Source of the DNA: the human T2T-CHM13v2.0 reference genome, Homo sapiens
Length of the DNA stretch: 64,000 bases
Reading direction: 5' to 3' (one strand)
NCBI RefSeq assembly: GCF_009914755.1
Contig: NC_060926.1
Part shown: positions 1 through 10,520 of the stretch, one piece after another
Layout of the letters: each line of letters starts with the position of its first letter
Position numbering within the stretch: the stretch's first letter is position 1
Notes under the pieces: generated by a model
Databases searched by the model: none
What the model was told of the DNA's origin: nothing
Seen by the model: only the letters and a program-made list of their open reading frames with translations
Translations under genes and position numbers: made by a program

Positions 1-670
1 TTTTTGGTTAACCTATTTGTATGTATACATTTTGTTTTATAAAACCTACTCTCCTTTTTACAAACTTAGAGATAAACCAGTCATTTTACTTATGGTAAGA
101 ACCCATATTGGGTGTTGAAACAGATTCTATCACTGGCAGATTCTATTTTACTTTTTTTATTACAAAATTATTTTTTAGTGTCTATATTTGAACTAACTAC
201 CCTTAAACCTAATTCTCAAGTGAATGCTTTTTTAAATTAACTTACTCTATATTAATTTTAAATTTAAATTTAAAAATCTTAAGAGTCCTACTTCCTGCAA
301 AATTAGCCTGCAGTGTTTTCCTTTTCACTGAGTTACAATGAACATTTATAATAAACAGTGAATGTTGCACTTTGTTTCCATTTTGCCTTGCAAAACAAAA
401 ATGAGTTTTCCTAGGAAAATAAAATAAAATATAAAATAAATTTATCTTCCTGCATATTTTCATTAGTTTTAAGTTGAGGCCCTCTTTGGATGAAGGAGGA
501 AGCCTGAGTCAGTGATATCCACTTGCGTTGTCTCAGGTGAATGAATGCTTATATAATAGAAATGTCTATGAAAAATTCCTTCTTGTCTTGAATTGAAAGG
601 TTGAAGCCCCAAAGCTGAAATTACTGGGTAAAAAGTGCTTCATATTATAAGGAGGTGCTAGATACATTCG

Positions 671-1982
671 TGTAGGACTGTCAAAATGATTGAAAAACTG
701 CTTCAGTGACTATTCACCCCCATTGCTAGCCTTGATTTGTGGAAGAATATTGACAAGAATTATTAATGTAGAATGTGTCAGCCTACTGGGGAGTTTGTTA
801 TTCTGGGGCATTTCATCATTCTTATCCCATAGAAGATTGAAGAGGAGAAATCCTAGTCACAGTTCCTAGGAGACCTGACATGTGTTTGTTGGTGTTGGGG
901 TTTGGTGTGCCTAAGTGAATATAGACCTCAGGAGCATCCAAGATTTATGAGTCCTGAAACTTACACAATATAAAGAACTCTGTATTACGTTTGCAAATTT
1001 TACAAACTTTCACAATGTGAACTTATTTCTAAGGCCTTTTTCAGGGATTTGGAAGAGCCTTATGCAAGGGACCCTGAAGTTTAAATTTCCTTAATTTCAA
1101 AATAAATCTACTTCTAACAGAAAAGAATATTTGCATCCCACTTTCATGAAAATTTGCTGAAGATACCTGAGAAGACAGAATTCTGCAAGACTGAAGGCAG
1201 ATAATGTGTCTAACATTTTAAATGGCAAGGACGCCTTAGTTTGTCATAAGCTAACTGCATTCTGGAGGAAATAGCTGGAAATACTTGTCCTAAGAGGAAT
1301 TCGCCCAAAAGGACTACTTGCTGGAGGGTAGCACCTCCTCACCTTAAGAAAATCTAGGATGATTCTCCATGGTTAGAATCTGAGAAAGAAGTCATTAGAA
1401 ATACCGCTCACCCTCTCCTTCATCCTCTGCAAACAGTGAATTAGTGAAGTATCAACCACAATTAAGTGTGAGCCACCTCAAAACAAAACAAAACAAACAA
1501 CAAAGACCCTATATGTGTCCTATAAAGAAACCAGCATCTGTTGATGGCTAGAATGGAGAGCAAGACAACCAGCCTGTGTTCAACAAGATAGAATGGAGAA
1601 GTGCCTGTGTTTCACCCCTCTACTATTAATTCTCATGCCTACTGTTCTGTCCAGTTTTGTAAGAAAGAGAAGGAAAGAGGGTGAGGGAGGAGATGGAGAG
1701 AGTGAAAGGTCAGACTACACATCCCTATTGATATAGAATGAAAAAAACATTGAGAGTGAGGTTTGATTTTATAGAGTTTTGAACCACTTAGTAATAAAAG
1801 TGAGTTGTAATTATGGGCAAAGATACTGTTCTATACTGAGAAGTTACCTGAACGGCTGAGATGTTGTCAGAGTATTTAAGAATGAGGACTCAACAGAATG
1901 AATTGAACGGCAGAAAACAGAGAAAAAGGGAGACATTTTTTCCTCCCACATCAAATTCAGACTGTTCAATAAACAAGTTCCA
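671..1982 (+). mobile_element. Possible ancient Gypsy-type LTR (MamGypLTR/LTR81-like), interrupted by a hAT element
   Basis: Purine-rich block starting TGTAGG and ending ...CAGACTGTTCAATAAACAAGTTCCA, resembling my recollection of old Gypsy-like LTR 3' ends. The end resembles that of 57600-58393. Recognition is weak. Confidence 0.3.
929..1115 (-). mobile_element. Arthur1/MER69-like non-autonomous hAT-Tip100 DNA transposon
   Basis: TTTGCAAATTTTACAAA...TGTGAAC...GGACCCTGAAGTTTAAATTTCCTTAATTTCAAAATAAATCTACTTCT matches the reverse complement of the recalled Arthur1 terminus. The other end, GCATCCAAGATTTATGAGTCCTGAAACTTACACAAT, matches the opposite terminus. Confidence 0.6.
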
Positions 1983-2052
1983 TTTATGTTTAGTCAAAAG
2001 TCAAGTGATAGTGACGGCTTTAGCTATCTAGACTTTCCACTCCCCTTGTAGG

Positions 2053-2054
<2 letters not shown>

Positions 2055-2086
<32 letters not shown>
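2055..2086. repeat. (TG)16 microsatellite occupying the Alu tail position
   Basis: Perfect TG run read directly, between the TSD and the Alu 3' end. Confidence 0.95.
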
Positions 2087-2090
<4 letters not shown>

Positions 2091-2398
2091 AGACGGAGTC
2101 TCGCTTTGTCGCCCAGGCGGGAGTGCAGGGGCGCGATCTCGGCTCACTGCAAGCTCCGCCTCCCAGGTTCACACCATTCTCCTGCCTCACCCTCCTGAGT
2201 AGCTGGGACTACAGGGGCCCGCCACCATGCCTGGCTACTTTTTTTTTTTTCTTTCTTTCTTTTTTTTTTTTTGTATTTTTAGTAGAGACTAGGTTTTACC
2301 GCGTTAGCCAGGATGGTCTGGATTTCCTGACCTCGTGATCCGTCCGCCTCGGCATCCCAAAGTGTTGGGATTACAGGCGTGAGCCACGGAGCCCGGCC
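2058..2398 (-). mobile_element. AluY, full length
   Basis: Diagnostic GCAAGCTCCGCCTCC, TTAGCCAGGATGGTC and GACCTCGTGATCC. TSD TAGGCCTGT at 2049-2057 and 2400-2408. Middle linker is expanded. Confidence 0.93.
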
Positions 2399-3355
2399 AT
2401 AGGCCTGTTTCTTATTCTATATTCCTGTTAATGTAAACCTCCTGAGATTGGAAGACAATCAGTTTTACAGGGTAAGAATTGTTTTAATTATGTGGCAGCT
2501 TTTCTCCAAACATGAAGAGAAACATTAGAAATACGTTTAATAAAATTCTCTATTATTTTGTTTTCTTTCAGTTAATATAATTTTCTCGACTTATTGATGT
2601 TAGTACAAAACGTTTTTGATTATTAAGAAGTCCAGATGTCCAATTTAAAAATGGAACTAGACATACATAGAGGCATTAACAATTGTTCTGAAATGTAGTT
2701 GGTCCTTTATATGTTATCTTAGATGACTTCATTTAATTACTATTTTAATATTTATTTTCTGCAGAATATTCCACATTTTTGAAGAAATACATTGGAAATC
2801 TTTCACTTCTCCTGCCCTATAGTTTTCAAAGCAAAAGAAAACTGAGTAATCTTGATTTTGAGTGAGTGACATGCCTTGCACTGTTTCATAGAAAATTGTT
2901 ATGGCTTGGATTTAAAAAATTATCTCTATTCTTCTTATTTGATACATTAAAATCTGTAATAAGTTCCATTTTTAGTTTTAAGTTATAATTTCTACTGCTA
3001 AGGAGAGACTACTCTGTCTCTATTAAATTCCTAGGCCAGCGTGTAAAATTTCTTGTGGCTTTCCTTTCTGGAAACTTGCAATGTCTTCTTAATTATTCTT
3101 GGAGTTTCTGTTTCCTGTGCTCCTCTTTCCTCTCTTGTCATTGTAAATTATATACAGTTTTTCTAAGTTTGTCATACATTGATTGGTATAACAAGTCACA
3201 AACTTAATCATTGCAGCTCTTATTGTGGGTCATTTTAATATTTAGAAACTGAGCCTACTTTAATACTAAGAGACACTCAAGGAAACAGAATTATGTGCCC
3301 TTTTGCCATTGCATCTTGCCCTTTTAGAGTGGAAGAGAGTGACAGGAGTCACTAG

Positions 3356-3359
<4 letters not shown>

Positions 3360-3400
<41 letters not shown>
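3360..3400 (+). repeat. Poly(A) tract, 41 nt
   Basis: Uninterrupted A run read directly. Confidence 0.97.
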
Positions 3401-3403
<3 letters not shown>

Positions 3404-3540
3404 AAACAAAAACAAACCTGACACTGTGACACTGGACTCTGCTTGTGGCCCCCGATTTGACTTATGCTAAAACAACAAAAACAAAAACAAACCTGACATT
3501 GGATTCTGCCTGTGGTCACCCTGAATTAACTTATTCTTAC
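3404..3540. repeat. Diverged tandem duplication, two units of about 65-75 bp
   Basis: AAACAAAAACAAACCTGACACTG..GACTCTGCTTGTGGCC..GATTTGACTTATGCT versus AAACAAAAACAAACCTGACATTGGATTCTGCCTGTGGTC..GAATTAACTTATTCT. Confidence 0.85.
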
Positions 3541-3674
3541 CAACTCAGAGGGTTTTACAATGTATATATGCAATGAAGCAACAGAACTCGTAAAGAGCAA
3601 CGAATGTGGGGAGAAAAGAACAGACTCTTATCTTTAAAAGTATATATATGAAAGAAAAACAAATCCAAAATTCC

Positions 3675-5940
3675 ATGCCTTCAAAGATGGAGTAACAGGG
3701 ACAAAGTGTACTCTTCTACCTGAAACAACTGAGCAAAACATATTGAACACCAGTTTTCAGGACAATTGGATGTCACACGAGGAAGTCCAGTGATTCCTGA
3801 GAGACAAGAAACAAATGAGGTAAGACCTAAAACTGCCCCGGCTTACTGCTTATACTTTTTTCCAGACTGTGGTGCAGGGAGGGGAACCCAGGTAAAGCAT
3901 AGAGATGTCCTTGAGTTGAGGAGAACTTGGAATCTGGAGAGGTCATCATAGTGGCTAGAGTTTACAGGCAAAACATCAGGGAGGGGAGAGCTGCAACAAA
4001 GAAATAACTCTGGACATCTACAAAGATCTATAGTCTTCACCTGGGGACTGATCAGCTCATGTCCATGAATGAGGACACCACCAGAGGTGAGGAGGAACCA
4101 CTCAAAGGGAGTAGAGGTCATGTGCTGGAAATCAGGCAAGGCCAGGGAAAGTTCTTGTTCACCCAGACAGAGAAGAAAACCTCATAATTTTGGGACGTTG
4201 TGTAGAATACGCAGGCAGGTTTTGTGTCAGTATTGGGGCAAAATTATCTCTAGATTGAAGTTTGTTCTAGATCTGCTTAAAAAGGTTTAAAAGTAAGATT
4301 TGAAAAAGTGAAACTGTTTACAGATAAATATGCTCAGAACAAAACTCAAAAATATTTATGGAAATACAAAAATATTTAGTACCTAACAATGTAAAGTTCA
4401 CAGTTTCTGTCATCCAATAAAGCAAATTTCACAATTTCTGGCATCCAATTAAAAGTAACCGGCATTCAAAGAAGCAGGAAAATATGATCCACGAGGAGGA
4501 GAAAAATCAATCCAGGACATTAAGACAGTTATTAAAACTATATTCCTTATGTGCATAAAGCTAGAGGAAGGACTGAACCAGTAGAGATACATAGAAATAT
4601 TGAAAATACTCCAACCAAGCTTCTAGACATGAAAACTATAATGTTGGAGATGAAAAATAAACTGTATGGAATTAATGGCAAATTAAACATTGCAGAAGGA
4701 AAGACTGGTGAATTTGAAGACATGGTAATGGAGACTATTCAAAATGAAACACAGAATTTTTTTTCTTAAAGGGACATCAGTCAGGTGGGGGTTATCTTAA
4801 AGGTGAAGAGTGGGGAGACGAAATAGTTGAAGAAACAGTGGCCACAAATTTTCCAAATTTAATGAAAACTAAAACTCCATGTACATATGTATTCAAGAAG
4901 CTCAATAAATCTCAAGGAGGCAAAAGAAAGAAAACTACATTAAGACATACCATGATTAAATTCGTTAAAATTAGTGATAGTACTCCATTTTGTATATGTA
5001 CCACATTTTCTTTATCCATTCATCTGTTGATGGACACTTATTTTGCTTCCAAATCTTAGCCATTATAAACAGTGCTGAAACATAGAATGAGATCCAGTCA
5101 TTTGCAACAACATGGATGGAAACGGAGATCATTGTGTTAAGTGAAACGAGCCAGGCACAGAAAGACAAACATTGCATGTTCTCATTTATTTGTGGGATCT
5201 AATATTCAAAACAATTGAACTCAAGGAGATAGAGAGCAGAACGATAGTCACCAGAGGCTGGGAAGGGAGGTGGGGAGATGGGGATTATTAATGGGTACAA
5301 AAAAGTAATTAAAGACTGAATAACACTTATTGTTTGGTAGCACAATAGGATGACTACAGTCAATAATAACTTAATTGCACATTTTAAAATAATTTAATGC
5401 CTGTAACTGAATTGTTTGTAACTCAAAGAATAAATGCCCAAGGGGATGGATACCCCATTCTCTATGATGTGCTTATTTCACATTGAATCCTATATCAAAA
5501 CATCTCATGTACCCCATAAATATATACACCTACTATGTAGCCACAAAAATTAAAAACTATATACTACAAAAAATAAAAATTAAAAATTAAATTAGTGTAG
5601 ACAATCTTAAATGTAACTGGAGAAAAAAAGACACGTAAGTATAGAATAAAGGATGACATCCGATTATCCTCAAAATGAATGCAAGACAGAAGACGGTGGA
5701 AAAATATCTTTAAAATACTGAAAGGGAGAAAAGAAGCCAAGCTAGACTGCTGTAAACAGCAAGGACTATCTTTCAAAAAAAGAAGGTGCAATTAAGCAAT
5801 TTTTTTTTCACACATACAAAATTGAAATAATCACCAAAAGCTCCACATCGTGAAAAATTGTTAAAAGAAGTCCTTCAGGAGGAGAAAAATAGTACCAGAT
5901 GAAGTGAAGAACATGGAAATGGTGACTATATTAGTAAGTA
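3675..5940 (+). mobile_element. Old L1 5' region (L1MCa-like 5'UTR plus degenerate ORF1), split by an L1MA insertion at 4977-5588
   Basis: AAGATGGAGTAACAGGGAC...CCTGAAACAACT...GATTCCTGAGAGACAAGAAACAAATGAGGT resembles L1MC 5' ends. ORF1-like peptides are present (LDMKTIMLEMKNKLYGINGKLNIAE; NFPNLMK), and ORF1-like sequence resumes after 5598. Confidence 0.75.
4977..5588 (+). mobile_element. L1MA2-like 3' end with 5' inversion (about 4977-5082 inverted)
   Basis: Sense part runs AGAATGAGATCCAGTCATTTGCAACAACATGGATGG to an A-rich tail. Inverted part encodes the ORF2 C-terminus (KCPSTDEWIKKMWYIYKMEYY) on the minus strand. TSD AAATTAGTG at 4968-4976 and 5589-5597. Confidence 0.88.
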
Positions 5941-8067
5941 TCTTAGAAACCCACCCAAAGTTCTTACTTTGAATTACTTCATTATTGTTAATGCAATACT
6001 TATTTTAAAAACTAGAAAGCAGAAATCATAAATTATATAATTAAGAAAAAATAACTTTCAGACTCGTAATCTTCTAAAGTTACTTTTGTGGGGGTGGGTA
6101 GATCCTCAGGTGCTGTTTTTATACTTTTTAGTATAAGGGAGTTTATAAAATCTGTAGCATGTGGGAGTATTAACCTATTATACTATTTCCTATGCAAAAA
6201 GAGGTCTTAAATTACTACAGAGAACTAAGTGTTATTTTTATACGATAACCACTGTACCAGCTTCTGAGAAAATTTTCAACTGTGTCAAAAATTTCACTTT
6301 GGACAGAGCACAAGATATTTTTTCTTTCATGTCCTCATTCCCACATAAAGAGTTCAAGTTCCCAGTCTCTATTTAAGATTCTTAGAATAAGTGTCCAGTT
6401 GAATTTTCCATGAGTGATGAGTTGGTGCTTTCACACAATGGTTGGTTACTCTCTTTTTCTCGTCTTTCTCCTGTCATTTGCCTTCCTTATTACCACTTGG
6501 GGAAGGACCATCCATCCTTCTTCACCTTCGTTTTCATGTAGCTATAATTTCCTACTCCCCAGAGACTCCCAACCTTCATCCTATCTTGGCTTTTGGAACA
6601 GAACAACTCAAGCATACATCTGAGTCTTTCAAATACTTCTTCTATGCCCAGAGGCTTGAGGCTTCTTTGAGTCATTGTTTTAATATGGGCAGGGGAAAAG
6701 AAAATTAGCTCACAAACGGGAGTTCCCTTCAGATTACAGAATGAGAAGTGTGCACAAAATGTATACAGAAGAGTACTCAGGCTAATACTTCAAGATATAG
6801 CCCACCAAATATGTTTTGACAAATGTGCCTTTTCTGCCTTTATTTCACTATTTGGCAAATAACTCAGTCTTTTCATATGTGTTCAGCAACGAATATGGCA
6901 TTGTATCCTGTGGGGACATATATGAGTTTTCCTCTCTGTAAATAGAAACGAGAAGCAGTGGGGTATAGAAATGGAAAGGACTGACTGATGAGAAGAAAAT
7001 CTCTTTATATATTTGCCTTAGAGTAAAATGAAACAAAGTAAACATAAACTCCCCAGGTAATAGTAGTAATTATAGATTATTTTTCATTTTTAATGCTGGA
7101 TGTTACCTTTGAGTTAACAATTTTTGTTATCACATGCTTGTCAGTGTATTGTTAAAAAAGACATAGAGATTTCCTTATTGTTTTTCTTCAACTCTGCATT
7201 GGGATTGGAAACTAATTTTTAGTAATGGCTTCTGTTATTATTTCCTTGATTGATCTTATGTTCCCTGTTGTTGCCAGTAATTAAAAAGGTACCTGCTGGT
7301 CTCTTAGGAACTTGTTCAGTAGAGTACAGATTTTACCTCCCATCCCACAGACCAGTATGTTCATTTCTGTTAGTAGAATTTTAGTAGCGTAACTATTTAA
7401 TGGAAGCCATTCTTCATTAAGGAGGGAGTTTTGTTTCTTCAATAATATCTCATTGCCATTGTGGTGACTGTTGCCTTTTTAGAGAGAAATTATAGGACTC
7501 TGATGTCACGCCCTAGATGAGACTTTCCAGTTTTAGCATCTGTCCCCTTGGCATGTTTCCTGGTGTTGACAGTTGGGTAAGAAGACACCCCTGGGTTTTA
7601 TAAAGTCCTCCTGCTACAGATGGTAGGCTTTTGCTTTTAAAGAGTCTGTTTTAGCACTGACTCTCTTTTTAATCTCCTTTCTATATTTTTTGGTGAAAGT
7701 TTTATATAATCAAAAAAATGACAATTCTTGCATAGAAAATCAGTACAAAATCATTTTAATGTGGTACATGAGATGAAATCAAAACCACAAGTTTTGGATT
7801 GTCAGAATCTACCAGTTCTAGCTCTGTACCTGACTTGTCAGATAGAAAATAATGCAAATTGCAAATAAGAGCAGTACCAAGCACTTTAGTCACCTTCCTT
7901 GAGTGTTTGTACTGGGTACCAAATAGCTGAATATTTCACTCAGCACAATATAGGTTTCTAGAGAATCTTATAACTGGAATTAATGTTGAGAGAATATTCA
8001 GTCTGAGTTTCTGGGAATCACTCTATGTATAGTTTCTCAGAAACACAGCTTTTAATAATCTTAGGAA

Positions 8068-8290
8068 ATATTTATTGAGAAATTGTCAGATGCTTGTCTT
8101 TAAGTGTTTTTATAGATTATTAAGCCTCACATCACCTTATGAGATATAAACTATTATTACGTTTTACATTAGATGAATCTGATTGTAAGAAAGATTAAGT
8201 AACTTATTCAAAGTCACACAGCTAGTTAATGGTGCATCTGAGATATGAACCCTTGCAGTCTGACCACAGACCACATTCTGATAACTGCTT
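8068..8290 (-). mobile_element. MIR (MIRb-like)
   Basis: Core GATTAAGTAACTTATTCAAAGTCACACAGCTAGTTAATGG...GATATGAACCC. Confidence 0.75.
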
Positions 8291-8855
8291 ATCTCCAGGA
8301 TAAACTATAAGCCCCCTTTTGACCAACATTTCCCTGATGAGTTTAATTCAAACTACCTTTTAAACAAAAATATGTTTTTGTTAACTTTGATATGTCATTT
8401 TATAGTGTTGCATTTTGATGAATTTTTTTTTTTCATTTAGGCTTTTTGTTTTGGTCTTCCTTAAAATGATTGACAGAGAATCGATTGTGTTAAGAATTAT
8501 CAGAATCAAATGTTTTATTGTTTTTGGGATGTGGTCATTTCTTCAGTCAAATCCTCTGCTTATGGAAGTAGGTAAAATCATATGAAAATCTAAATAAAAT
8601 GAATTTACAATAATTATCTGGAAAATCGTGGCTGAAAACAGAATTTAGAAGATTGACTTGAGGTTTATGATGGCAGATTAAACATGTGAGTTTAGTTCCC
8701 CTCATTCTCCAAATTTCTTTGAAATGACAGAGAAATATATATGCAAAGAAATGAGTCTATAACAATCCCAGGAAGCAGAAAAGAATACATACAATCATTG
8801 ATGTAGCTAAGACATTTTGATGAATTTTGTAGTTTTCAGCGTACAAATCCTGTAT

Positions 8856-10520
8856 TTTTTGTGGTAAAATAAACATAAAATTTACATCTTAACTATTTAA
8901 AATATACAATTCTGTAGTATTAAACACATTCATAATGTCGTGCAATCGTCACTATCATCCCTCTCTATAATTCTTTTCATCTTAAAACTGAAGCTCTGTA
9001 CCTGTTAAACAATAACTCCTCATTCTCTCAGACATGCTCAGTCCCTGGAAACCACCATTTGACTTTCTATCCCTATTATTTTAACTACTCTAAGTACCTC
9101 ATCTAAGTGGAATCATATAATATTTGTCTTTTTATAATTGACTTATTTTACCTACCATAATGTCCTTAAGATTTATTCATGTTGTAGCATGTGTCAGAAT
9201 TGTCTTCCATTTTAAGGCTGAGTAATATTCCATTGTATGTCTATACCACATTTTGCTTGTCTGTTGATAGGTACTTGCATTGCTTCCATGTTTTAGCTAA
9301 TGTGAATACTGCTGTAGTGAACATGGGTGTACACATATCTCTTTAAGACCCTGCTTTCAGGTCTTTTGGGTGTATACTCAGAAGTAAAATTGCCAGGTCA
9401 TATGGTAATTTTATTCTAAATTTTTGGAGGAACCACCATAGTCCTCCACAGCAGCTATGCCCTTTTATATTCCCATCAACAGTGCAGAAGGGTTAAAATT
9501 CCTCTACGTGTTCACCAGCACTTGTTATTGTCTGTTTTGATACTAGCCATCCTAATTGATCTGAGGTGGTATGTCATTATTGTTTTGGTTTGGAGTTCAC
9601 TGATGATGACTGATACTGAGCATCGTTTCATGCTTATTGGCCATTTGTTTATTTTCTTTGGAAAAAATGTCTATTCAAGTTCTTTGCTCATGTTTGAATT
9701 GGGTTGTTTGTTTTTTAATAGTTGAGTTTTAGGAATTCTCTCTATACATCAGATGTCAATTCTTTATCAGATATATGATTTGCAAATATTTTCTTTCATT
9801 CTGTGGGTGGCCTTTTTACTTTATTGATAGTGTCTTTTGAAGCAAAAAAAATTAAGTTTTCATTAAGTCCAATTTGTCTTTTATTTTAGTTATCTTTACC
9901 TTTTGTATCATAGCCAAAAAATCAATGGCCAATCAATGTTGTAAGCTATTGCCATGTGTTTTCTTCTAGGAGTTTTATGGTTTTAATTCTTACATATAGG
10001 TCTTTGATTCATTTTGATTATTTTTTGTGTATGGTGTTATATAAAATTCAACTTCATTCTTTTACATGTGGATATCAGGTTTTCTTAGCACCACTTGTAG
10101 CAAAGACTGTCCTTTCCCTCATTAAATGGTCTTGACATCTTTGTCAAAAATTATTTGACCATATACATAAGAGTTTATTTCTGGGCTCTTTATTCTATTC
10201 CATTGGTCTATATATCTGTATATACCAGTACCACACTGTTTTTATTACTGTAGCTTTATAGTAAATTTTAAAATCAGGAAATATGAGTCTTCCATCAATT
10301 GTTTTGGCTATTTGGGGTCTCTTGAAATTCCAAATGAATTTTAAGATGAGTTTTTCTATTTCTTCAAAAAATGTCATCGAGGTCTTGATAGGGATTGGAT
10401 AGAATCTGTCAACAGTTTTGAGTAGTATTGACATCTTAACAATATTGTCTTCCAGTCTATGAAGATGGGATGTCTTTCTGTTTATTTATATCTTCTTTAT
10501 TCTTTCAGTCATGTTTTGTA
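8856..10520 (-). mobile_element. L1MB (L1MB3-like) 3' end and ORF2 fragment
   Basis: 3'UTR motifs GTACCTCATCTAAGTGGAATCATA and GTAGCATGTGTCAGAATT. ORF 10195-10434 is ORF2-like (IPIK...[12 protein letters not shown]...[18 protein letters not shown]). Confidence 0.85.
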
